Of a stretch of DNA of 20,000 bases, positions 1-9,024 are shown in pieces. The notes below the pieces were generated by a model that saw nothing but the letters and a program-made list of their open reading frames with translations, was not told the origin of the DNA and searched no databases. A program made the position numbers and the translations under genes. Source of the DNA: Chiloscyllium plagiosum (Eukaryota); the NCBI RefSeq assembly GCF_004010195.1, contig NC_057752.1:8867292-8887291 (forward strand). The letters run 5' to 3'. The stretch's first letter is position 1. The number at the start of each line of letters is the position of its first letter.

Positions 1-463
1 AAGACCCTTGTCAATGCCCCTCATGATTTTATAAATGTTAATAAGGTCATCCCTCAACCTCCTACACTCCAGCAAAAAAATGTACCAGCCTTTCCAATCA
101 ATTTTTATAACTCAAACACTCCATTCCCAGCAACTTTCTGGTAAATATCTTCTGAATCCTCTCCAATTTAATAACATCCTTCCTATAATAGGGCGATCAG
201 AACAGCATACAGTACTCCAAGAGAAGCCTCATCAACGTCCTGTATAACCTCAACATGATAGCCCAACTCCTATAAGCAATGGTCTGAGTAATGAAGGCAA
301 GTGTGCTAAATGCCTTCTTAACCACCCTGTCAACCTGTAATGCAAATTTCAAAGCATTATGTACCTGAATCCCTAGGTCTCTCTGTTTGATTAACATTAA
401 TTGTATAAGTCCTTTCCTTGATTGTATTACCAAAATGCAATACCTCACATTTATCCAAATTAA
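1..463 (-). mobile_element. CR1/HER1-type LINE fragment (C-terminal part of ORF2), decayed
   Basis: Minus ORF 197-505 reads DLGIQVHNALKFALQVDRVVKKAFSTLAFITQTIAYRSWAIMLRLYRTLMRLLLEYC, typical of the CR1 post-RT region; the element continues past the window start. Confidence 0.9.
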
Positions 464-589
464 ACAAATTAAATTATGAGTCCCAACTTTTTGCAGCAAG
501 TTCAATGGACAATAATGTGCAGGTTTTTCAAAGGCTTAACAGTTGGCAAGGGCAAAATGCCATTTGTGCAAAGCAAATTGTAGCATAAT

Positions 590-670
590 ATGATTGTCAC
601 CTATTTGACTCAGCTGAAAAAAGGCACAGTACATGCATATGTTCTTTTTGTCCACAAACATGTACAAGAC
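590..670 (-). mobile_element. Inverted fragment of a Penelope-like element (left arm; partner of 1118-1400)
   Basis: Reverse complement tgtggacaaaaagaacatatgcatgtactgtgccttttttcagctga resembles 1118-1163 tgtggacagaaaaagaatgtgcatgcacagcgcttgtttccactca. Confidence 0.5.
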
Positions 671-676
671 CTTGTT

Positions 677-1117
677 ATAGAGTCATAGAGATGTACAGCA
701 TGGAAACATTCCCTTTGGTCCAACTCATCCATGCCGACCAGATATCCTAACCTAGTTGAGTCCCACTTACCAGTAGTTGGCCCATATTCCTCTAAACCCT
801 TCCTATTTATATTCCCATCCAGATGTTTTTTAAATGTTGTATTTGTACCAACCTCCACCACTTCTGTTGGCAGCTCATTCCATACACGTGCCACCCTCTG
901 TGTGAAAAAGGTGCCCTTTGGGTCTCTTAAATCTTTCCCTCTCACCCTAAACCTATGCCCTCTAGTTTTGGACTTCCCTACCCTGGGCAAAATACCTTCA
1001 CTATTCATCCTATTCATGCCTCTCATGGCTTTATAAACCTCTATAAGGTCATCCCTCAGCATCCAACACTCATGGGAAAATATCCCCAGACTATTCAGCC
1101 TCTCCCTATAGCTCAAA
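677..1117 (-). mobile_element. 5'-truncated CR1/HER1 LINE 3' end
   Basis: Minus ORF LRDDLIEVYKAMRGMNRMNS...TRGHRFRVRG...FFTQRVARVWNELP..VVE....TTFKKHLD, ending in the ...gctgtacatctctatgactctat tail also seen at ~8790 and ~16890. Confidence 0.93.
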
Positions 1118-1400
1118 TGTGGACAGAAAAAGAATGTGCATGCACAGCGCTTGTTTCCACTCAGATTGATGCCCTGGCCAATCACTGTCATCTTGTCTGG
1201 TTTGGAATCTAAACAAAACCTGTCAGTTAACATTCAATCATCATGAACTGTTGCATTCTCCATGGCAATGTTTCTTCCAATCAATCAACACTCTCCTGTA
1301 ATACCGTATAAATGTTGGTGTTCTCTTTTATTGGTATTCTTGTGAATTGTACTGATGAATACAAGACAAAAAGCTTTGACAAAATGTGTCTTTATTCAGT
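1118..1400 (+). mobile_element. Penelope-like element 3' end / pseudo-LTR remnant
   Basis: CCAAT (~1277) and TATA (gtataaat ~1306) are followed by a decayed hammerhead core at 1347-1383, matching the known pLTR layout; an inverted partner lies at 590-670. Confidence 0.55.
1347..1383 (+). ncRNA. Degenerate minimal hammerhead ribozyme motif
   Basis: ttgta-CTGATGA-atacaagac-AAAA-agct-tt-gacaa: stem I ttgt/acaa, palindromic AAAGCTTT in place of stem III; GAAA mutated to AAAA and stem II weak. Confidence 0.45.
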
Positions 1401-1734
1401 AATACTTTTTCATAGACAAAACCTTTGTCAATTTGCTTTTCTAATAATTAGAAGATCAAATGAATATCGCACAAATATCCACATTATGTGTACCACACGT
1501 TGATGCCAGAATACGTGCTAGAATCTTGCATAAAAGCCCTAGAAGTGGTAGAAATGCCAGTTTCTCACCTAAGTAAAGGCTATTTCTTCCTAAAACATCC
1601 CCTGATCTTTGCCTCCTACCATGTCCAGCAGTAATATTTGTGCCTGGGCCTTGGTCTAAAAGGTACTGTGGATGCCAACCTGTCTCTTGTCCTTTTGTGA
1701 CAGTCCCATCTCATCTCCTTAGCAAACTGAGACA

Positions 1735-1820
1735 GAGAATCAGTGAGAATTGTCACAGTACACAGTACTTTCTGAATGAGAATCAGTGAGAATTGTTACA
1801 ATATATAGTATTTTCTGAAC
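1735..1820. repeat. Tandem duplication, 2 x 43 bp
   Basis: gagaatcagtgagaattgtcacagtacacagtactttctgaat versus gagaatcagtgagaattgttacaatatatagtattttctgaac; 37/43 identical. Confidence 0.95.
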
Positions 1821-1847
1821 TTTTGCATTCACAAAATTGAATATTCA

Positions 1848-1940
1848 AGAATGACTTGCATTTATATGTTACCATTGCCAAGACTTCAGAGAGAGCACTT
1901 CACATACAGTGAACAGCTTCAAAGTAAAGCAACTATAACA
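1848..1940 (-). mobile_element. Old SINE/L2-type 3' tail fragment (DeuSINE-like)
   Basis: acttgcatttatat...agcacttcaca...cttcaaagtaaagcaact resembles the L2-derived tail of DeuSINE-type elements (recalled); very diverged. Confidence 0.35.
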
Positions 1941-2409
1941 CAGTCTGTTTCCAAGCTGCAGTTTCTATCTGTATCAACTAGTTCATGTTGGTGCTCACCC
2001 TGATATGGGAGTCTCCTCATTCCATTTATCTGCTCCATTCCCATATCCTTTTATTCCCTTTTCCTACAGCCACTAAGCTAACTTAGTCATAAACATTGAC
2101 ATGATTCTTACTTCAAATCACTAATGCTGGCAATGCATTTTACAGCCTCAGAATCCAATGAAGAAAATAAAATCTACTCTCTGCTAAATTATTTAATGTT
2201 GTACCTATGCCCTCTTTTCCCAGGCCCTTCAGATCAAGGTAAACATTCTGATAGTTCAACTTCCCACATTTGCATATATTTAAATCTTTCCAAAACTACA
2301 ACTGGAAGAGTCAATTCATTAATAACTTTACCCAATAAATATAACAAGTGTATCCTATTTAATAGTTCCCTACATCACATTCATTATTCTACTTCTGGAT
2401 GTTTGGTGT

Positions 2410-2497
2410 AAAATCCAGCAGATCTGGCAGCATCTGTGCAGAGTGAACATTTCAGATCCAGTGACCCTTCTTGAGAACCTCTTCTTCTTCTGAAGGA
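2410..2497 (-). mobile_element. Short PLE-derived terminal-repeat relic with decayed hammerhead
   Basis: cagcagatctggcagcatc is shared with PLE ends at ~3490 and ~19870; minus strand ttCTCAAGA-agggtc-actg-gatct-GAAA-tg-tt. Confidence 0.5.
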
Positions 2498-2507
2498 ACA
2501 ACAATCT

Positions 2508-2645
2508 ATTTCCATATCAGGATGGTGAGGGGCTTGGAGGGGACCTTGTAATTAGTGGTGGTTCCATGTATCTGCTGCCCTTGTCCTTACAGATGGAAGT
2601 GGTCATGGATTTGGAAGGTGCTGTCGAAGGAGCCTTGGTGAATTG
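2508..2645 (-). mobile_element. Inverted 3'-region fragment of the CR1-clade LINE family found at 2650-5665
   Basis: Reverse complement resembles 5365-5490 (ccaaa...acttccatct....gaca..ggcagcagat.catgg.aaccacc). Confidence 0.75.
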
Positions 2646-3422
2646 TATGGCACTATGACTGTGCCAAATGGGATAGACTTCAGACAAATTTTGCATCTTA
2701 AGACAGAGCATTCATAAAGTGGTGTGGGGCATCAGCAGCAGCAGTGCTGTACTCCAAAACAATCTGCAACCACATGGCCTGGCATATCCTCCGCTCAAGC
2801 CAAGAGATCAACCCTGATTAAGAAACAGTGCAGGAGGATATGCCAGGAGCAGCACCAGGCTTATGTAAAAATAAAGTGTCAACCTGGTGAATCTATCAAA
2901 CAGGATTGTTTGCATGACAAACAATATAAGTATCAAATGACAGACAAAGCTAAGTGATTCCACACCAGCCAATCAGACTTAAGCTCTGCAGTCCTGCTGC
3001 ATTCAGTCGTGAATGGTGGTGGACAATTAAATAGCTCACTGGAGGAAGGAAGCTCCATAAATATCCCCATCGTAAATGATGGGGGAGCCCAGCATATCAG
3101 TGCAAAAGTTAAGGCTAAGGGACTCACAGCAACCTTCAGCTAGAAGTTCCAAGTGAATGATCCATTTCAGCCTCCTTCAGAGATCCCCACCATCAGAGAT
3201 ACCAGTCTTCAGGCAATTTGAATCACTTCCCGTGATATCAAGAAATGGTTGGAGGCACTGGATACTGCAATGGTTATGGACCCTTACAACATTCCGGCAT
3301 GGGATCTGAAGACTTGTGTTCCTGAAGTTTACTCATCCCTTCGCCAAGCTGCTCTAGCGTAGTTACAACACTGGAATCTACCCGACAATGTGGAAAATTG
3401 CCCAGTATATCCTGTATACAAA

Positions 3423-4028
3423 TTAGGTAAAAACAACGACTGCAGATGCTGGAAACCAGATTCTGGATTAGTGGTGCTGGAAAAGCACAGCAGTTCAGGC
3501 AGCATCCGAGGAGCAGGAAAATCAACGTTTCGGGCAAAAGCCCTTCATCAGGAATACAGGCAGAGTGCCTGAAGGGTGGAGAGATAAATGAGAGGGGGGT
3601 GGGGGTGGGGAGAAAGTAGCATAGAGTACAATAGGTGAGTGGGGGAGGGGATGAAGGTGATAGGTCAGGGAGGAGGGTGGAGTGGATAGGTGGAAAAGAA
3701 GATAGGCAGGTAGGACAAGTCATGGGGACAGTGCTGAGCTGGAAGTTTGGAACTGAGGTGAGGTGGGGCAAGGGGAAATGAGGAAACTGTTGAAGTCCAC
3801 ATTGATGCCCTGGGGTTGAAGTGTTCCGAGGCAGAAGATGAGGTGTTCTTCCTCCAGGCGTCAGGTGGTGAGGGAGCGGCGGTGAAGGAGGCCCAGGACC
3901 TCTATGTCCTCGGCAGAGTGGGAGGGGGAGTTGAAATGTTGGGCCACAGGGCGGTTTGGTTGATTGGTGCGGGTGTCCCGGAGACGTTCCCTAAAGCGCT
4001 CTGCGAGGAAGCTTCCAGTCTCCCCAAT
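3423..4028 (-). mobile_element. Penelope-like retroelement 3' part (GIY-YIG endonuclease C-half plus terminal repeat)
   Basis: Minus ORF 3861-4148 contains IGETGSFLAERFRERLRDTRTNQPNRPVAQHFNSPSHS (YIGET..L..RF.EH...VA.HFN, PLE GIY-YIG); hammerhead motif at 3519-3555. Confidence 0.9.
3519..3555 (-). ncRNA. Minimal type-I hammerhead ribozyme motif
   Basis: attc-CTGATGA-a-gggc-tttt-gccc-GAAA-cg-tt-gatt: intact core, perfect 4-bp stem II, palindromic AACGTT, GUU triplet; stem I weak. Confidence 0.7.
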
Positions 4029-4288
4029 AGTCTGCTCTCGATCATCAGTAAAGTGATGGAAACTGTCATCAACAGTGCTATCCAGCAGCACCTGCTGAGC
4101 AATGACCTGCACAAAGGAAGATGGTTGTGGCTGTTGGAGGTCAGTCACCTCAGCTCCAGGACATTGCTGTGGTAGTTCCTCAGGATAGTGTCCTAGGCCC
4201 GACCATCTTCAGCTCCTCCATCAATGATCTTCCCTCAAAGTTAAAAATCACACAACACCAGGTTATAGTCCAACAGGTTTATTGGAAG

Positions 4289-4323
4289 CACTAGCTTTTG
4301 GAGCGCTGCTCCTTCATCAGGTG
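4289..4323 (-). ncRNA. Minimal hammerhead motif, left arm (core G mutated)
   Basis: cac-CTGATGA-a-ggagc-agc-gctcc-AAAA-gc-ta-gtg; GAAA changed to AAAA. Confidence 0.6.
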
Positions 4324-4683
4324 GTTGTGGAGAATAAGACTGTAAGACTCAGAATTTATAGCAAAAATTTACAGTGTGATGTAACTGAAATTATATATTG
4401 AAAAAAGACTGGGATTGTTTGTTAATCTCTCATCTTTTAGAATGACCATGTTGGTTTCAGTTCTTTCATATGTAAATTGCAAAACTTTTTTAAGATCACT
4501 TGACAATGTAACTTTTAAAAAAAGTTTTGCAATTTACATATGAAAGAACTGAAACCAACATGGTCATTCTAAAAGATGAGAGATTAACAAACAATTCAGG
4601 TCTTTTTCAATATATAATTTCAGTTGCATCACACTGTAAATTTTGCTATAAATTCTATGTTTTACAATCTTATTCTCCACAAC

Positions 4684-4718
4684 CACCTGATGAAGGAGCA
4701 GTGCTCTGAAAGCTAGTG
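4684..4718 (+). ncRNA. Minimal type-I hammerhead ribozyme motif, right arm (intact core)
   Basis: cac-CTGATGA-a-ggagc-agt-gctct-GAAA-gc-ta-gtg: stem I cac/gtg, stem II ggagc/gctct, palindromic AGCT, predicted cleavage after UA (4715); aataaa at ~4725. Confidence 0.78.
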
Positions 4719-6239
4719 CTTCCAAATAAACCTGTTGGACTATAACCTGGTGTTATGTGATTTTTAACTTTGTACACCCCAGTCCAATACCAGCGTTCCC
4801 AAATCATGATTTCCCTCCAACGTAAGGTCAAAAGTGGCAGTGTCCACTCAGACTGCACAATGTTTAGCATCATTCATGGCTCCTCAGACACTGAAGCAGA
4901 TCATGCCCAAATGCAGGAAGACCTGGACAATATCCATGGTACAGTTGACAAGTGCCAAAAAACATTCATGCCACAAAAGTGCCAGGTAATAATGATATCC
5001 AACGAGAGATGCCCCTTGATATTGAATGTTTTGCCATCACTGAATCCCCCACTATGAAGACCTTGAGAGCTACTATTGACCAGAAACTCAACTGGACCAG
5101 CCATATAAATACCAAAGCTAGGAATACTGCAGCAAGTAACTCACCCGCTGACCCCACGAAGCCTGTCCACCATCTACAAGGGATAGGTCAGGAGTGTGAT
5201 GGAATACTCCCCACTTGTCTGAATGAATGCAGTTCCAACAACACTCAGTGAAGTTTGACACCATCCAGGTCAAAGCACCCCAATTGTTAGGCACCACTTC
5301 CACAAGCATTCACTTCCTCCATCACCAATGCTAAGTAGCAGCAGTGTGTAATATCTACAAGATGCATCAAGGCTTCTGAGACATTCCAAACCCACAACCA
5401 CTTCCATCTAGAAAGACAACGGCAGCAGATCCATGGGAACACCACCACTTGCAAGTTTCTCTCCAAGTCCATCCTGACTTGGAAATATATTGCTGTTCCT
5501 TCAGTGTTGCTGGATCAAAATCCTGGAACTCCGTCTCTAACAGCATTGTAGGTGTACAGCAGTCCAAGAACACAGCTCGATACCACATTCTCAAGGACAA
5601 TTCAGGATGGGCAATAAAGGCTGGCCCAGCCAGCAATGCCCACATCCCATGAATGAATAAAGAAAGTCATACATCATAGGCACCACTTGTTGAAAACTTC
5701 CCCTGGGTGCTATCTGTTAGAAAAGCAGAAACTCATCAGTTCACAAACTACTGAAAAAGTTCTCCATTACTATGCGTATGGTTGAAGGAAGCAAGTTCTC
5801 TTTGTGCGAACAAACAAATGCTTTTGAAATCATTAGAGTTGCCTCTTTCCAGAAACGAGTACTGCTGTTCATGGGCGCTAGGACCCAACGGAATCTCCAA
5901 GCCTTGGAGTAGCTCTCCACCTGCTGCAACGGTTCGGGACCGCCGCAGTCTGGCTGTGTGTCTCTCTCCATATTAGTAGTCAGCAGGGGCTCACCCACAT
6001 CACTTTGGAAATTCAAGATTATCCTTGAGTGCCCGCCCTTTCCCATTCACTAAGTGCTAGTCTGGTGAATTGTTTCTGTCACGGTTGCAAGCCTGAAGTT
6101 TTCTGCACTTCCTACACTTGCTGCTTTCCCTTTCTTCCGCTCGATCAGAGAGGTACTTGAGTTGCTCGCTTTACGTTCTGCCCAATCCTATCCTTTTTTT
6201 CACTTAAGGTTATGTCTGGACTGTATTTCAATTCTCTTT

Positions 6240-6510
6240 TGGGATCTTTCGGGAAATCAGACTGAATTATGTTAGAGAAGTTCTAACCCGGGAAGAAACT
6301 GAAACCGAATTGTGATTGATTCGAGAAATCGCCTTATGCCTGGATTTATACGTATTTTTTTGAAATTTCCCTCCCCCCCCATCTTATTTTCAGGAAGGGG
6401 AAGTAAATATGTAAAAGTGAAGTACCTGTGTCGTTTCCGTGACGGGTGACACTTATTCTCCGTTGGTAAGTCATTTTCTTGAAGTTTCCTGAGTGACATT
6501 TTCCGGAACC
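6240..6510 (+). promoter_or_regulatory. Putative interferon/cytokine-responsive promoter
   Basis: ISRE GAAACTGAAACCGAA (6295-6309); GAS-like TTTCGGGAA (6247), TTTCAGGAA (6388), TTTCCGGAA (6500); kB-like GGGAAATTTC on minus (6362-6371); PU.1/ETS GGGGAAGT (6397); AAAAGTGAAGT (6413); locally CpG-retaining and repeat-poor. Confidence 0.6.
6420..6465 (+). other. Candidate non-coding first exon (start uncertain)
   Basis: Strong donor TG|GTAAGT at 6465/6466 immediately downstream of most of the motif cluster. Confidence 0.4.
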
Positions 6511-6711
6511 TCCCAACACGCTGGCTGTAAGAAAAAAGTTACGGTCTTGAAGCTGCTGTTTTGTTTCTGGTAAATGATGATTCCACACGTGTGGATAAAG
6601 AACACATTTTGATGCAATGGGAATTCAATGTTCGAAGTTTTTTTGTGTGTGAGGCTGTGGGATTAGCTTGAGGCGCTCAAATTATTCTTTTGAACAATTT
6701 CACTGTTGTAG

Positions 6712-6741
6712 AATATGTTAAGCCACTTTAAATTATTTCAG
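6712..6741 (+). CDS. Candidate 30-nt micro-exon containing ATG (6715): MLSHFKLFQ
   Basis: Acceptor tttcactgttgtag|, consensus donor CAG|GTGAGT, aatATG with A at -3; only one stop-free frame; ends in phase 0. Confidence 0.45.
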
Positions 6742-6964
6742 GTGAGTAAACTCTCTATTTTAAAAAAAAGTTTTGCTGCAAATTCTTGGCTTTTCTCTTT
6801 TTCAAGGGAAGACCTACCCTGTAGGTATGCTCTTATCTTTTAAAATTTAAACTAATAATGGGTACTTGTCTCGGAAGGTGTGGATTCCAAATTTTATTGA
6901 ATAAAAATGATGGTTTTAACAGATGAATTGTTATAAATGATTGAATTGGTGGGTACAATGGCTA

Positions 6965-7160
6965 TTATGCAGCTGAGGTGTGCAAAGCAGGCTGGCCTCT
7001 GATCTGATTCCAAGTCTCTGATAAATTAGCTGAGATCCTCTGGAGTAGCCAACATTGCCTTTGGGTTAAAGAGGGAAAAATTATGTGAAATCCTTACTCC
7101 CAATGACTGTCCAGTATCTGTGGGCATCAAATGAGGATTAGATCAGGTTTCGGTGTGAAA
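6965..7160 (+). mobile_element. Old SINE remnant (LF-SINE-like shark repeat)
   Basis: ttagctgagatc..., gagggaaaaat...ctcccaatgactgtccagt..., gaggattagatcaggtttcggtgtga resemble an abundant old shark SINE (recalled); heavily diverged. Confidence 0.35.
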
Positions 7161-7519
7161 CAGACGAAAGTATATGCAGCAATAAAACTTGGTTGCAGTT
7201 AAGATGTACTCAAAACTTATGTCAAAGTATCTCAGATACTGAATTGTGTAGGAAGAGTAGTCATTCTGTGCATTGTAAGGTTATACAAATAATTGTTTTC
7301 ACTGGTGTTTTGTGAAAGTCACAACGAGAACTTAGCAAGGAGAATCAAGTTTCATGTGTTACAGAAACAACACTAGCATTTCCCTTTCCTTATGGTAAGA
7401 ATTGAGGGGGAAATAAACCAGATTCATGGTCAAGAAATGCATAGTCAGACACGTTCAATATAACTTAACCTCGCTGTTGGGTTAGATCTTTAAATAATAT
7501 AATTCAGTTTACTTGAAGG

Positions 7520-7706
7520 GGGAATATTCACCAGGACAACACCCTGTTATTCAAACAAGGTAATGGGATCTTTAATATCCACCTGAGCAAGCCAGCAAAC
7601 TCTGACACACCTGTCTTCAATGGCAGTGTGTTGTCAGAGGTACTGTTGCATCCAGAAATGGATTTGAGCCAACTATCTTTTTAGGTGATGTTACCACCAA
7701 CTAAAG
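7520..7706 (-). mobile_element. DeuSINE (AmnSINE1/SacSINE1-like) remnant
   Basis: gggatctttaatatccacctgag and aatattcaccaggaca match the reverse complement of the Deu-domain (aaagatcccatgg...gtgtcctggccaatatt). Confidence 0.45.
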
Positions 7707-8371
7707 TTACTTGATACTTGTTTTCTCTTCCCATTACACAAAGTATTATGAAGTATGCAGATAACTAGTTAGTGGTTCCAATTGTATGCTTATTAATACT
7801 ATAAACTATTTGGCTCAGTCAAGCTGTTTTCTTGGAGTGTGGAACAAATTCCATATTCTACATATGTGACACATCATATCCATTTGTAACTGCTTAGACA
7901 CCTATTTTTAAAAAAAACTAATGCTACACTTGTCAATTTGACACAATATATTATAATTTTACTTATTTTCAGCAGTAACTGACTTTTTATGGAATTCTTA
8001 TTTTTAAGAAACTGAAGATATATTTTTTCACATGGGATCTGGTGGTGTTTCACCATGGTAATTAATTACACAAGGCAATTTTGTGTTTCTGGATGGTGCA
8101 AAATATTGTGGTGCTAATTGTTTGAATTTGTTTAAATCACTTTGTTTTCAAATTTTTTTCTTTAATGGACTTTACTGGCAGAAGGTTTGCAGTCTCAAGT
8201 CATTTTTTCTTCTGAACATGCCCACAGCCCACAATGATCTGTTACTTGGGAGTAAATTAGGAATTTTATTTGGAGAATCTGTACAGTTCACTGGTGTGGA
8301 TTTGGTGGACGTTTGTGCTTTTCCTGTCCTCCATCTAATGAAGCATTGTTCACAAGCTTTATTGATTTTTT

Positions 8372-8795
8372 TTTAAGAAGTAATGAAGAGGATTGATGAG
8401 GGCAGATCGATGGATGTGACCTATATGAACTTCAGTAAGATGTTTGACAAGGTTCCTCATGGGAGACTAGTTAGCAAGGTTAGATCACCTGGAATACAGC
8501 CTTTCAGACTGGAGGCCTGTAACCAGTGGTGTGACACTGATTTGGATGTGAACATTGGAGGTAGAGTTAGTGAGTTTGCAGATGACATCAAAATTGGAGA
8601 TGTAGTAGACAGCAAAGAAGGTTACCTCAGAGTACAACAGGATCTTGATCAGATGGGATATATGAATAGGAAGGGTTCAGAGGGATATGGGCCAAGTGCT
8701 GGCAATTGGTACTAGATTAGGTTGGGATATCTGGTCGGCATGGACGAGTTGGACCAAACAGTCTGATTCCATACTGTACATCTCCATGACTCTAT
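8372..8795 (+). mobile_element. Internally deleted CR1/HER1 LINE 3' portion
   Basis: IDEGRSMDVTYMNFSKMFDKVPHGRLVSKV, DLDVNIGGRVSEFADDIKIG..VDSKEGYLRVQQDLDQMG fused to YMNRKGSEGYGPSAG, followed by the catgactctat tail. Confidence 0.92.
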
Positions 8796-8838
8796 GGAGT
8801 GTTACTAGACAGTTGATTGTGCCTAACTTGCCTTAAAT

Positions 8839-9024
8839 CAGTGTTTCCCACTCTTTTTCCCATTGTGACTCCATTTCAAATTGAAAATTGTTATGACGCC
8901 TTTTAGGAAGAACTGAGAGCAGGGATACAGCTGTTATGACTCTGTCAAGGTTCCATGGTTACCATTGCTGCCTCAGTGCTTGCAAACCCACTTGGGGTCC
9001 TGACCCTCATTTTGGGAGGCCCTG
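8839..9024. mobile_element. hAT/Charlie-like MITE
   Basis: Imperfect TIRs cagtgtttccca / tgggaggccctg (9/12) and 8-bp TSD-like ccttaaat / ccttatgt (6/8). Confidence 0.55.

Larger units (their letters stand above)
4237..4810. mobile_element. Non-autonomous PLE-derived palindromic element (257-bp inverted arms plus ~40-bp tail)
   Basis: 4237-4493 is the near-perfect reverse complement of 4515-4771 with a ~21-nt spacer; flanked by direct repeat ttccctc (4230-4236, 4811-4817); each arm carries a hammerhead motif. Confidence 0.88.
2650..5665 (+). mobile_element. Decayed CR1-clade LINE (RT region to 3' tail), interrupted by two PLE insertions
   Basis: Frameshifted RT motifs ALDTA..PYNIP...LKTC, TGIYPTMWKIAQVYPVYK, SLLSIISKVMETVINSAIQQHLLSN, VPQDSVLGPTIFS..INDLP, IDQKLNWTSHIN; 3' tail gcccacatcccatgaatgaataaagaaa. 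LINE segments are ~2650-3422, 4023-4236 and 4811-5665, with an internal deletion near 4110. Confidence 0.9.

Noticed and set aside
3590..3780. G-rich tract with G-quadruplex potential
   Set aside because: Ordinary low-complexity part of the PLE 3' region; no locus-specific evidence.
4542..4556. ISRE-like gaaagaactgaaacc in the palindrome arms
   Set aside because: Imperfect spacing and within an AT-rich repeat; insufficient support.
5715..5745. CTGATGAG on the minus strand
   Set aside because: No stem II or GAAA follows, so it is not a hammerhead.
5741..6046. 101-aa minus-strand ORF next to the putative promoter
   Set aside because: No recognisable domain or good splice donor; the length is compatible with chance in GC-richer DNA. 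A divergent transcript is not excluded.
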